From Hormiphora californensis (Eukaryota > Animalia > Ctenophora), in contig CM035357.1 in NCBI GenBank assembly GCA_020137815.1, forward strand, positions 2,480,001-2,544,000: 64,000 nucleotides of DNA, read 5' to 3'. Numbering within the stretch: the stretch's first letter is position 1; the number at the start of each line of letters is the position of its first letter. Position numbers and translations under genes: made by a program. This document shows, in pieces, positions 47,169 to 61,200 of the stretch. The notes under the pieces are model-generated. The model made no database searches and had not been told where the DNA came from. It was given only the letters and a program-made list of their open reading frames with translations.

Positions 47169-47346
47169 CAGGAACAGACCGAAACAAGTAAACAACCAAT
47201 CAGAACTCGTTATTTAGGTCACGTGGCTGGTTTGGGCACGTAGCGCCCCCTGTCTTCGCGCACGGAGCCAAGTGGCTGGTTATCAGCCAAGTGGCTGGTT
47301 ATCAGCCAACATGGGGACCAGTATTTCCTGATTCGGTCGGTTCCTG
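47169..47346. mobile_element. Short dispersed repeat (CAGGAAC...GTTCCTG MITE); second copy inverted at ~58195-58298
   Basis: Terminal inverted CAGGAAC(A/C)GACCGAA; shared AACCAATCAGAAC..TTATTTAGGTCACGTG core. Confidence 0.75.
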
Positions 47347-49299
47347 TATATCACAAAGGTAGTAGTTCAACTCCTCGAGGGTCAGCAAGTCAAAATGTGT
47401 TTCAAACATATTTTACAAACATTGTTTGTGGATTTATTCCCAATCTAATTCATCCCAACTGACTGCACGGAATTCATTCCCAGAACTAATTGCAGGCGTT
47501 CCTTCCTGATTTCGATTTTAAATAGCACGAAACTGTAATTATATGTTAATTAAAAGTCAATTAGCACTTCAGTCACGTTCGCATCGACAGTCAACACACT
47601 GTCAAAATTATGATCTGAATCTGAAGAAAGAGAAACAGACCGGGGAAGGACGGATCTATCTCCCTTCATCGCCCACTCCAGACCTGTAATTAAGTGGAAA
47701 AGAAAGAAAACGAGGTGTAAAGATTGAGAAGCCTTTACGAGCCTGTCAGGCCAATGCTCTGTCCACAGTTCTCGCGTGCTTATTTGAGAGAAATGAGAAT
47801 AGGGTCAGGCCAATGCTCTGACAGTTACGAGCTGTAAGAGAGAGATGGTTGAACAAGGCAATGAGACACCTTCAAAGGGGCTGATAGAATAAAAAGAACA
47901 ACGGAGCTGGAATTAATTGAACTGAAAAATGGTGTGTAATAATAGACTAATTGAACACTCGCACACAGCTCTGCGTTGTATCATTATATGTGGTCTAAGG
48001 TCTGCCAGAAGTCATCTATTCTTCATAGGTTGCGAACACAGAACTACATAAATTATAGTTATAGTGAATGTGTTTCATTGAATTTTAAAACGTAGTCAGG
48101 AAGTCTGGTATAACAGTATCGGAAATAATTGTTAATAATGTGTGCTAATTTATCAGTCGTGACTAAGAGACATGTGGAGTTGGTGCAATAGTACAACATA
48201 TAGTGTCAATGCACAGTGCAAGGCCGAACGTCGACAGCACCAGCTGCATCGATATGTATCATTCTCCGTTCTCTCTCTCTCTCTCTCTCTGCCCTCCCAT
48301 TTTTAGCACAAGCTCTGCCCCCACACCACCGCAGTACATTACACACCAGTCACGGGCTGGTGCACCGCGGAGTTTCAGGAAATTGAAAAATAATATTATC
48401 TGACGAAACAAATCGATCGACTGGAATGAAAATTTAGAGCTGCTGAAATGATTTAAACTGAATCAACAAACTAAAATGAGATAATTGGTACAACAAATTT
48501 ACTAAATTTAGGATGACACATAAAAGATTGCCCTGACCCTGTTTCCCCGCGCCCGCCATTAAAATAAAATGGGTTTGAACAAAACAAAGAAAGGGTACAT
48601 CATAATTCTTTGACGTCTAATGCCAATGCTTTGGAACCCATGTCTATGAGAAGGTAATAAAAATAAACAATGAGGAAGTGAAAATAAAACAACGCGCTCA
48701 TTCCATGTCGCTTTGTCCCGCTTCCTCTCTTTCTCCCTCTCTCTCTCACTTTACTTTCTTTATGTGTCTGTCGGTCTGTCTGTCTCCCTCTCTCTGTCGA
48801 TGTCTATGTCTGCTGTCTCTCTCAACTTCAAACCGTTCGTCAAATGAAGCATACCAGACAGTGGAATGCGAATAAAAGGTGAACCGGACCGTTTGAATGG
48901 TAACAATACAGTGTAAAAACATCAAACATGTGAACAAACTTATAAACTGGTTGACTATAATTATAGGTTATGAACAGTGGCTAATCCATTGTTTTAAACC
49001 ACCACTGCACAGAGTCTGCTCTATTCTACTACTAACAACTATTGCTAAAAAGTCTAACTCATTGTTCCTCATGAAAACAGTACAAACAGCAGCAGTAGGA
49101 TAGACATTTCAGTGAGCATTTTGAAGTCTGTTCCTATAGTCCTACAAATAGATAATACGTCATTTGATGTGTTAAAATTGAGTGTCAAAATCACGAAAAA
49201 GAAATAAATAATTGAACGATATAACAACAGCTCTTGTGATTGTCAGTGTAAAATAATGTAGTTCTCATCACTCATGTCGCTTCTTTTCTTGTCAGTTTG

Positions 49300-52200
49300 T
49301 CAGTCAACACTTGTTTCTCGTAATCTCGCTGTCTGCCACATATTTTCAGGCGGAATGATACGACCACTCTTGAAGAAACCACGCTAAAATAAAATCGGAG
49401 GGTTGCTAGGGAATTGAGAGAGGGTTGCTAGGGAATTGAGGGAGCGTTGCATATAAGGGAATTGAGGGAGGGTTGCTAAGGAGTTGAGGGAGGGATCAGT
49501 TGATTGACAGGAGGCATTGCTATAGAAAATCACTAAAGGCAAGCCCAAATAATTGGACGAACTACATGATAGAAAGATATATGTGACCCACACGTTTTAT
49601 ACGAGAGGGCGGCTAGTTGTTACTCGATTTAGTTCAGGACTGATCCGAATATATTATTTGATGACGTGTCATCATGTTATATTTGGGGCATGTAAGACGT
49701 CATGGAACCCCCTGATAGAGCTAAACTAGCCTGCACATTAGTGGCCATAATCAACTCAACTGCTGCATGCTGCAGAGGGCTACTACTGCAGAGGAGGACT
49801 GAGGATTACGTATGATCTAATTCACATACATTTTCTAGTTCTAAATTCCACTCATCACTCGTTATTATATTATTACTAGTAGAATAGAATAGAAAACAGA
49901 AACAGAAATTGAAGCCGAAATAACCGACTGTAGCCTTCTGTGTCCAAATAAGAAGAGACCCAAAAAACAAAGATCGTACATGTGACCACCGGGCAAGCAT
50001 CGTACACACATCGCGAAACCCAGGGATTTGCGAGCATGCACGTAACCGGCCCCCTGTAGGGTGGTCATATGTACGGTCAAGACCCACACACACGCCCTCA
50101 AACGGAAGTTCATAGTTTTATATTGAGTGATTAATCTGATACCCATGAATCTCTCAGAAGTTTGCAGTTCTTGAGGAATCGGTTAACGTGGCTGCAGTGG
50201 TGTTTAGAAAATACTGTGGAGAAGTCCTTTTCTGCGATGGCGGATCTTAGTGATTCAGGGAGGGTGTCTCGGATGTGGGAGTATGCCGGACATGTAGTGA
50301 TGACGTGTTCCTCGTTTTCAAGTATTGTTTCAGGGAACGGGAGGTGGTCAAGTAGCCGTCGGTTCAGGTCATCACAGCAAAATCTACAGAATTTAGGCTG
50401 GTTAGATTGTGAGTATCTCGAGGTCTCGATTCTGAGATCGTGGGCACTGACTCGGATTTTGCTAACCTCCTTTCTGTCGGCTCTTTTTATGTTCAGATAA
50501 TCCTCGAAGCCGTAGCCTAATTTAACCGAATTGTAGAAGCGCATTTTTGACTGGTTCTGGCGATGTGATTCCCAGTGGGTAACCATCTGGTGTTCCATGG
50601 TTTGCCTTACAGGGTCCGTATCACTATGGAGTTTGTTCCAGAAGGTGTACCAGTCTAGCTGCAAGGTTTTCTGCTCCTTCGCTGCGAGTCCTAGGAGTGA
50701 TTCGTCCTCGCCACACTTAGACATGACCCTGGCGAAGTAATGGAGGCATTGGTTCAGAACAGTGATGGAAATTGGTGCTCTCCCAGTCTCACCATAGCAA
50801 GCGGTATTTGTGCTTTTTTTATGCACCCCAAGTACCCATTTGATGAATTTGAGTTGCACTTTTTCGAAAGGGTCCGCGGTTATCCGCTTCATGTATGTTT
50901 CACCGTTAGTTGACGTACAGTGGAGAACCTTTGCAGATTCTGAGTACGGAAGCCATATTGGACAACCGTATGTGATGATGGGGGTTATCAGAGCGTCGAA
51001 GAGCTTAAAGGCTGCCCAAGCGGAGAGGGCGTCACCGTTCACCGTTTTCCTCAGAAGAAATACTGCTTTACTCCCTTTGGTGGAGAGGTTAGTAATTGCC
51101 GCCTTCATACTTCCGCTGGCAGAGAATACAATTCCCAGATAGGTGTACTCTTTTACCGAATCAAGTGATTTGCCGAGTAGCTGGAAGCCATGGCTATCTT
51201 TCAGAACTCTGCCGGAGGGATTGAAGACTAGGATCTTAGTCTTTTCTGTATTTATACTGGCGAAGAACCCACCACATATACCCATATGATCTAGCTTCTT
51301 GAGTAAGGCGATCCTACAGACCGAGTCAAAGGCTTTGCGGTAGTCGACGAAGCAAGCAAAAACTCGCTGTTTCTTCTTCTTCAAGTATTTCTCCAGGATC
51401 GTTTTCAGTACCAGTGTATGATCATTTGTTTGTCCACCTTTCGCGAATCCCTGTTGGTTTGGGGTATCGGGACATACTTTAGCCCGGAACAAAGTAAGCC
51501 TGTTCAGGAGAATACTGCTATAAAGCTTTCCAATGCAGCTTCCCAGGGTTATCGCCCGGTAATTGTCAGGGTTAGCTGTTGATCCCTTTTTGTGAATTAC
51601 TGTTGTCAGGGACGTGTTCCACGGGTAGCACCCGATAGTGAGGCATCCGTTAAACAGTTTAAGTAACAACTGTTTAAGATCAAAAGATGAGGATCGTAGC
51701 ATTTCATTGGCTACTTGATCTAGGGATGGACTTTTCCCGTTCTTGAGGTCTTTGATAGTGTCAGATAGCTCATCCATGGAGATTGGATGAGAGAGCTCGT
51801 CGGCGATTGACTTTTCCGGGATGTACGGTGCTGTACTAGTATATTAATAGTAGTAAGTAATCAGTTGATTATGCACTAACAACTAGATAGTCAGGGCATA
51901 TGATGTCAATTTCATGGTGATTTTCGGCATAATTGTTATAAAGCTAATTCCACTTCTAGGAGGTCCTATTGGGTCCCTAGAACCACCAAAAAAAAATGTT
52001 CGCGATTTGGTGGATGAAGAAGCCATGTGGCTATAGCCATGTTAGGAAAGGAGTAGAGACAAAACCGAGGGCACTAAAGTGTTCAGCGTCCTCGAATTAG
52101 TGGGGGTAGGTGCTGGAATTAAGTCTCTATCTCATCTGGTTAATTAGATAATTGGATAATTAGGTCTGGGCATAGCCATTTTTGGCCATATGGCTATAGC

Positions 52201-55200
52201 CACTTAGGAATGGTTTATCGACTTTTCATTGGTGCCATTTTGTTCAGAAAAAAATTTCAATCTAAGAGTTGTGGAAAAATTTAGAGCCTATCTCTTACCG
52301 TTTTGGCGTTATTTGCGGTCAAAGTAGGCCAATTAACTAATTTTTTGGCATTTTCGGCTGATTTGGCATACTTTGACCGCAAATAACGCCAAAACGGTAA
52401 GAGATAGGCTCTAAATTTTTCCACAACTCTTAGATTGAAATTTTTTTCTGAACAAAATGGCACCAATGAAAAGTCGATAAACCATTCCTAAGTGGCTATA
52501 GCCATATGGCCAAAAATGGCTATGCCCAGACCTAATTATCCAATTATCTAATTAACCAGATGAGATAGAGACTTAATTCCAGCACCTACCCCCACTAATT
52601 CGAGGACGCTGAACACTTTAGTGCCCTCGGTTTTGTCTCTACTCCTTTCCTAACATGGCTATAGCCACATGGCCGAAAACGGCTATGCGCAGAGCTAATT
52701 ATCCAATTATCTAATTAACCAGATGAGATAGAGACTTAATTCCAGCACCTACCCCCACTAATGCGAGGACGCTGAACACTCTAGTGCCCTTGATTTTGTC
52801 CCTACTGCTACCCTAAGCACAGTTTTGGCGTTTTTAAGCCTTAGGCTTAAAAGTTAGTAGAAGGGCGTGGCCCGGAAACCCAACTTCTTCATCCACCAAA
52901 TCGCGAACATTTTTTTTGGTGGTTCTAGGTACCCAATAGGACCTCCTAGAAGTGGAATTAGCTTTATAACAATTATGCCGAAAATCTAACATCATATGCC
53001 CTGACTAAGATATCTCACCTTCCAAAGTATATAGACGATGAGAAGTAGGATAAGCAGACCAACAATCACTGACGACAGGATTATCCAGAGACTTACTTTG
53101 ATTTTCCTTCCAGGGATTCCAAGCTGAAACACGGCTAAATCAGTATTATATCGGGTGTGTATTTGTGTCATTTCTGAGGATTTTCTCAGAAAGAAAGGCA
53201 TCTAGATGCCTTTTTTCTGAGAAAATTGGGATTTTTTTGCCGGGCCGGCCTCATAATTTATGGACCACTCTGTATGTGAGCCCTGTAATAATCCAACCCA
53301 GGTTATCCCACTTACATTAGAAGTTATAGAGTGAGAATATGTGATGAGGGGTAGGTCCCGATCCCCTCCTATTGCACTTAGGTACATTGGAGGTGATAGA
53401 GTGAGATGTTATGAGGGGTAGGACCAGGTCCCGATCCCCTCCTATTGCACTTACATTGGAGGTGATAGAGTGAGATGTTATGAGGGGTAGGACCAGGTCC
53501 CGATCCCCTCCTATTGCACTTACATTGGAGGTGATAGAGTGAGATGCTATGAGGGGTAGGACCAGGTCCCGATCCCCTCCTATTGCACTTACATTAGAGG
53601 TGATAGAGTGAGATGCTATGAGGGGTAGGACCAGGTCCCGATCCCCTCCTATTGCACTTACATTGGAGGTGATAGAGTGAGATGTGATAAGGGGTAGGAC
53701 CAGATCCCGATCCCCTCCTATTGCACTTACATTGGAGGTGATAGAGTGAGATGTTATGAGGGGTAGGACCAGGTCCCCTCCTACTGATTTCACCTCTGCT
53801 GTTGAGGTCAGAGTGACTTTTGTGTAGGGACCTAACGATCTTTCCCATAGTCTGAACTTTAGCTGCAAAGGATTATTGAGTTGATTATCGATGTACAAGA
53901 GCCCTGTCTCAGTCTGGCGACGACTCACGACTGACCCCTTTTAGTCTTTTTGAGAGTGCACTATCAGATCTAGTTTGGGTCTGCAATTGCACTGCCAAAG
54001 AGGCACCAGTTACCTGGACAGTGGCAGTGGAAAGAGAATGGATGCCCCGGTGCAGAACAGTAATCTTGCACCTCATTCTCACACACCCAGGGTCTGCAGC
54101 TCCATTACGACACCCTATAACCAGGGCTGCTGCACCGTCTGATGATGTTATGGGATCTGTATTGGATCCGGCACCACCATCATCAGACATCACGTGACTT
54201 GACGATCCTGGAAGTGGTGGTTTTGCGGTTATTTATCTGGTTTTTGTATGGGACGTGATCATTCGAGATCATTCGAGGTTTGTGGTAGTTAAATTCGAGA
54301 TCGTTCGAGATTTGTGGTATTTTAATGTACGGTAATACCAAAAAATACCTAGATCACTGGGGGTGATCTAAATATAACGACATAACGACTACCACTCGGG
54401 ATTAACTGCTAGTTAAAAGTTTGGGAACCGGAATGTTAATATGGTAGTTTAGTGTTTATAATTTTAATTGAATAGATCGACACGATATGTCATATGAGAC
54501 AGGTGTTCTAGAGACAAATTCTGGAATTGCAATCATCATGCCATCCTTTTTTACAAGCTAACTCGAACAAATTAAATCTAATTATAGTTGTATTAAGACT
54601 GGTTAAACTTGATTACTATTTTAACAATTTAACGATAAAATTTGATAGGGTAGGCGGGGGTAATTCGGGTCACCTTTTTGATTAAAGTGGTATTCCCTTG
54701 GTTGTGGCAGAATGTCTGCACATAAAATCTATTCAATTTATCCAATGTGACACTTGTTAAGATATTTGGACTGTTGAAGTTTTCAAATCCAACCTTTTTC
54801 ACACATAAAAAAGCCCACGATATCGTTAGTTTGCGTATTGTTGGTAATTCGGGTCAGTGGCTAAATCGGGCCACGCGCGTATTCAGCCAATCACAGCCCT
54901 CGCAAACAAACACGTGACCAAATGACCCGAATTACCAACACAGCGTGTTGCCGCTGAAATCATGCGGTTAATTCGGGTCAAGTGTTTGTAATTCGGGCCA
55001 GCTGTTGGTTGGCTGTTTTAGGGGCCTCTAGGGGGCCTCTAGGGGCCTCTAGGGGCCTCTAGGGGCCTCTAGAGGCCCCCAGAGGCCCCTTGCGACCCCT
55101 TGAGACCCCCTAGAGGCCCCTAGAAGCCCCTAGAGGACCCTAGAGGCCCCCTAGAGGCCCCTAGAGGACCCTAGAGTCCCCCTAGAGGCCCCTAGATGCC

Positions 55201-58200
55201 CCCTAGAGGCCCCTAGAGGCCCCCTAGAGGCCCCTAGAGGCCCCCTAGAGACCCCTTGAGACCCCTAAAGGCCCCTCAAGGCCCCCAGAAGCCCCTAGAG
55301 GCCCCTTGAGACCCCTAAAGGCCCCCTAGAGGCCCCTAGAAGCCCCTAGAGAAGCCCCCAGAGGCCCCTAGAGGACCCTAGAGGCCCCCTAGAGGCCCCC
55401 AGAGGCCCCCTAGAGGCCCCCTAGAGACCCCTAGAGGCCCCTAAAGGCCCCCTAGAGGCCCCAAGAGGCCCCTAAAGGCCCCAGAGGCCCCAAATCGAGA
55501 AGAAAACATAAAATATGGCAGAAATCACTCAAACTTACTGATTTATCGCAAAAATAAGGTGACCCGAATTAGCCGCTTTGCCTGTGACCCGAATTACAAA
55601 CATGACCCGAATTAGACACACTGTTTTATGACGTCATTTTGGTAAATCAATAATGACGTAATTCCTTCAAAAACTTAGCCAATAAGTGCTGAATTATCCC
55701 ATTGGATAAAATCATATGTTTTCTTCTCGAAAAAATTCCGCAAATTCACGGGAATACCAATTGAATCCAAAATCGGGAAATGAACGATATTCCGTATTTC
55801 AAATTTTCCCGCCAAATCTTGTTACATTAGAATGGCCCGAATTACAATCAAGTGACCCGAATTACCAACTGACCCGAATTACCCCCTCCTACCCTAGTCT
55901 CCTATCGTATCTCCTACTAAAATATGGGGGTTCAATTGAGAGAGGTTCAGAGTTGGTAACTGAATTCCATATCAAATTTAAATTTCTTCAACGGCGGCCA
56001 CTATTCCACTACCACCAATGGGATCACCAATTAGATTACCACTTAGATTACCAACTATATTACCACTCACCTAAATTTAGACGGTCAACTAATCCATCAG
56101 TTTCACAAGTCACCACCCCCTCCTCAGGCCTCATTTCCACTGCGACAAGATAGAGAAGAGGCCTATCTGACAAGCTGATATCATCTTGGTTGTAAGGCTG
56201 CCTCATAACCTGGACCTGGTCTGGTGAGGGTGATGTTGGTATGAAGGCAGGCCAGTGGATATCCAGGGAGATGTTGCGGACCTCCACGACAGATATTCGT
56301 TCTCCCAATCGTACCTTGAACTCGTATTTTATCTGTAATGTATAAGAGAGATAGCAAAGTTATCAATGAAACACGGTTTGCGTACCACGTCCCCACTTCC
56401 TGCCCCCTTGCCTGGCTAGACAGTGTTTCGGGCGCCCCGAAATGTAAAGGGAGGGTTAGAACATAACAACTGCCCCCATACACGGCCCATATAAAGTCGC
56501 CTAAACCGATTGACAGGGTTACTTCGTAACCAATGTCATCTCTACTAACCTCAGGTCCTATTTCCGATAAGGTACTTGGCGGTAGAAGTGTGTACCGGTG
56601 GGAGAACACCCTCCTGTCTTGAAGGGCGCCCCCAATAACGGATAGATCAGCAAGGTGTCGAGGTGTAATAGAGTGTTGGGTAGTTAGAAATAACTCTGGG
56701 TTCTCACCGGAGAAGGTGATATTGAAACCTGTGTGGAGATCATGAGTTAACTTAGTTATCTTAGTATAAACCCCGATAGCTGTATCTTAGTTTGTCATAA
56801 ACTTTGTGAGAGGAAACTTAGAGAAAACTTAGTTTGTGAGAGGAAACTTAGTGTGAGTGAGTTTGGTAAACTTTACACTTCATTCATGTTCATAATAAAT
56901 GGAGAAACATCAAGTAATTTCACAGTACAATGATTGCTAGAACCACTGTCAGTGTCAGAACATTGGCCTGACAGCAGAACCACATATTCCAATATTACAA
57001 AAAGCATATCAACTTACCGAGGGGTTTATCTGCTGACAACTTGTTTTGATCTCTGACACCCAGGGCAAAGGAGAATCCAATATGCCCAGGATACCACCTC
57101 CCCTCGTATACACAAGACACCAAGGATACCACAGGATTACCTGAAAAATGACGTAATGTATAGCTGGTAGCTAGCTGTCATAACTAGAACCTCGGAAATT
57201 CGCAAACAAACCATGCCCAGAAATTCGTCAGCTATCTAAATCTTTCATTACAAAACTGAAATACTCACCCTCTGATGTCTCGATCTCATTACATACGACT
57301 GCAGACTGGGATGTAGAATATGAGGTGAAGGAAAGCTCGGAAGGAATAGTAACATTCATAGCACCTCCATCCACCATATCTGGACCCCTGTTTCATAAGA
57401 AGACATGATATGGGGGGGGGGGGGCATAAATTTACCGGGCTGCTCGAGGGAAGGGAAAAGCCCGGTATCCGGTTATCGGGGTAAAATGTATGGTAAATCG
57501 TACTCGAACGTTACCTGTTTGTGATGGAGAACTCGAGGTTAACCTTCTTGACATGGTTGATAACAAGATAGGGAAATGGGGAGGGGGAATAGGAGACCGA
57601 TACCGGTGAAATCACCACCTCTGCAATACAACCTTTCACCTGATAAAATATTGAAACTATAGATAGGTAAGTAGAGCTTCGATACTCAATTTGGTGGATC
57701 AATTAAACGGTGGGATTATAATATGGATCATAGCTTGTATTTCTGGGACAATATATAATGAACTGCACTTTTGATTTAGATAAAAGCGGTTGCCATGGCG
57801 GTGAACACGTGACCCTATGCACGAGAGCCAATCACTTTGATGAACTTCACTTACGGGACTACAAGATGTAGCTACAGGTAGCTCCGTCTGTGCAGCCCTC
57901 CATAGTTCATACTTGAGGGCCCACTTAGAGGAGAAGAGATGAGGATCTGTCAGAGCGGATATCGTAGCCACAACTCCTACTGAGATTCTCAGGAGGTTCT
58001 TGTTCGGGGCATTAGTCTTCAGGAGGATATCAACTTGCTCGGGTAGGGTCGTCACCTATACAGAAGGGAGTACAACATGGTCATAGCTATAAATGTTGGT
58101 CATCGGGCAAACATGGGTTCCGTAAATCGTGAATAATCCAAAACAAAAGGGGTGTGGGATTTATATCAGCGCACCCGCCTAACGTGATGACGTCACGAAC

Positions 58201-61200
58201 CGTATCAGGAAATACTGGTCCCTGATTGGCTGATAGCCAGTCACGTGACCTAAATAACCAGTTCTGATTGGTTGTTTACTTGTTTCGGTCGGTTCCTGGT
58301 TAAAACGAACCGTATCAGGCTGTAGAATGGTGGTCGATGTATAGTTATACTGGTACCCTGTGGTGCCACCTGACCCGCTAACATAGATCCTCTTCATTAT
58401 GGGGTCTGATACCCCCGCGTCAAGTAGCAACGTCCATGTTAGCTGGAGACGACCTGAATTGTATCTGTATTGAAAACACATATACATCGATGTGTCACAG
58501 GATCTGTATCTACTCAGTGAATCAATTATCTCACGTTCTTACCAGTAGGAAATATGACATTATTGGCGTTCAACTCCAATTGCAGTGTGTTACCTGCTAC
58601 TTTCTGTCCAGTACTTGGGTCAATGTACTTGGGATCCTGGGGAATTGGACCAGTTGAAACACTTACAATATGTATGTTAGCATAGTTAGCAGATACGGTC
58701 AGACCCTGATTTAGCGGGATGCTTGGGTGGCAATGGGTTTTGCAAGGGATCAGGAAGGCCCACAAATAGTTGAATACTTTATACATTACGTACAATGAGA
58801 TCGAGTTGTGTGTGTTTTAGGATAATTCTTGGTTTTATCTTCAGCCCAGGTTCTGATCTCAACAATACTACTGTATCTGAACTGAAACAGGTGAGTGGTA
58901 ACAATTACAGAAGAAAGTAGTAACATACTAGCATCCGAATAGGATTACTGTTGTAGTAAGTATTGAGTAGGGCAAGCTGACTGGGTCTGACAATTATATA
59001 ATGCCAACTAGTTTCGACCCTTTGTGGGTTAGAAAATAACAAATGACGGTTTCACAACTCACAGAGCAGACCCGATAAGGAGATCATCACCACCCACCCG
59101 ATCCACGTTCTCACCAGACTTTACTGACCACCCAAACCCCCTCATGTTGGCCAGTCCAATTGTTGAGGGAGTAATCTCCTGGACAGTAAAATAATAACTG
59201 CCTCGCTCTCTCCGAGCAAAACAAAGTAATAACCATGATAAAACGAGTTCGATTTCTCACTATTTGAGAGGGAAATTCATCCGTCCAGTATAAAAGCGGA
59301 GGCCGGTAATAGAATTCGGCGAGGTACCTGAGAATGAAGGACATCAAAGAACCCATCACCACCATTAAACACAAACACTGCCCCCTTGTCTCCATTCTGG
59401 TATGGGGCACCCACCACCAGATCCACTATCCCATCAGAGTTAAGATCTCCCTCGACGGAGAGGGACGCCCCAAAATGACCTGATGATGAGCTTCTACCTG
59501 GAGTGAGATTGTTACTTTAACTAAGGAGAGAGCAGAGTGAGATTTTTACTTAAACTAAGGAGAGAGCAGGCTCATACCGGTGAGAATGGTGGGGGTAGTT
59601 GAGAAGGTCGGGTAAGGGTAGGTTGAGGAATTTCGAGGTTTTCCAAAGAAGACAGACACCTTCCCATGGTCGATATTACCATTAAACTGATGGGGTAGAG
59701 ACTCATGAAGCAGGAGGTGAAAGAGAGAAAGAGTCAGAGTGAGAGAAAGAGAGAAAACAGAGAGTAATTAGTGATTAGTTATTAGAGTAAATTATAAGTC
59801 AAAAGATAGGTACTTTAGTGCAAGTGGTCTCACCCAACAGCCGCCCAAACTTACAAAATCCGAGCTATAAGGAGACCCCACGACCAGGTCATCTATCCCA
59901 TCATTATTTAGATCCCCACAAGCCAGAGAATGCCCAAAATGCTCTCCCATCTGGGTTCCCATGGGAACCACACATGAATCCCCCGCTGGACATAATATAC
60001 CCAGGTTGGTAAAATTGGGAGAGTCGCTGTCACCGCTCTTCCAAGCCCCATCTGGTTTATCTTTTAGTTTGGAGATTTCTTCATCCGTTGGTTCACGTCC
60101 TGATTTTTAAAAGAAAAATCCAGTCAGCGGATGTGGTACGACATGGAATGGAATTCAGGGAGTGCTCAATACTCGAGATCCGGGATTCATAAAAAGAGAG
60201 GAAAACTTTGCAGCTTGGAAGTCCTTATACCCAAGTGTATATAACTCTAAAGGAAATGGGTGAATGCATGTGTCGTGTGCATATGATCGAGCATAGATTG
60301 GTCTTGCCCAATGATCACCACGTATCCATGTGTGAGTATGCGATATAGTCCCTAATTGTGGGCTTGGCGTTGGCAGGCACTCTATAAAAATTGTTTTTAA
60401 CGTACCCATGTGTACTCTGACGGAACCACGGTAGCCATATGCCCGGGGCATGCCCAGAATAACCTCCCTCTCCCCATCTCCATTAACGTCACAATACACT
60501 GTCGAGTAACCGGCGTAGTCCGAGTATCGGGATGTCGTTCCCTGAGAGAGGGAGATGTTTTAGAGTTTCAGGTTTTTAGATCTAAATTAGTCGAATTTTT
60601 AGCTATCTAATCTCAGACTCGTGACAACTTCAAAAAATCCTACTTTAACCCCATACGAAAAAAACACGATACGATAGTTACTATACGATAGTTACTATCG
60701 TACCGCAGAAACAGGGAGCGGCTAGTACTATACTAGCCGCTCCCTGTTTCCGGCTTCCGCGGAAAGGGATCAAACTCTCTGTATGACGATAATGTCATTT
60801 GCCAAAAATCGTCTAATACTTCGATCTCAGTGCACTAAATCTTACTCTCGTTAGGGGGACCACATACAGCACTGTACTGAAATTCGCACCGCCGTATGTG
60901 GTGCCTCTAACTTCAGTTCTCACTAGCACATACAACACTTTCGGTGCAAACTCCAGTACGCACTGCTGTATGTGGTGCCTCTTACTGATAAATATCGGTG
61001 GGACTATCAGTACACAATCTCACGTGAGCTTAGCTCAGAAAAGATCAGTACGGTGCTGTATGTGCTCTTCGCACTGAAGTGAAAGGTCACGTGGGGGTCA
61101 CGTGCGTGCACTAGCCAATGACAGACCTGCATCGCACAATACACACACACACCCACACCACAGCAACCAATAAGAGGCGCACGCACTCTCACTACGACAG

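Noticed and set aside
59000-59035. Second hammerhead (minus strand ACCCACAAAGGGUC-GAAA-CUAGUU)
   Set aside because: It has stem II and the same palindromic stem III but lacks the CUGANGA core; at most a remnant.
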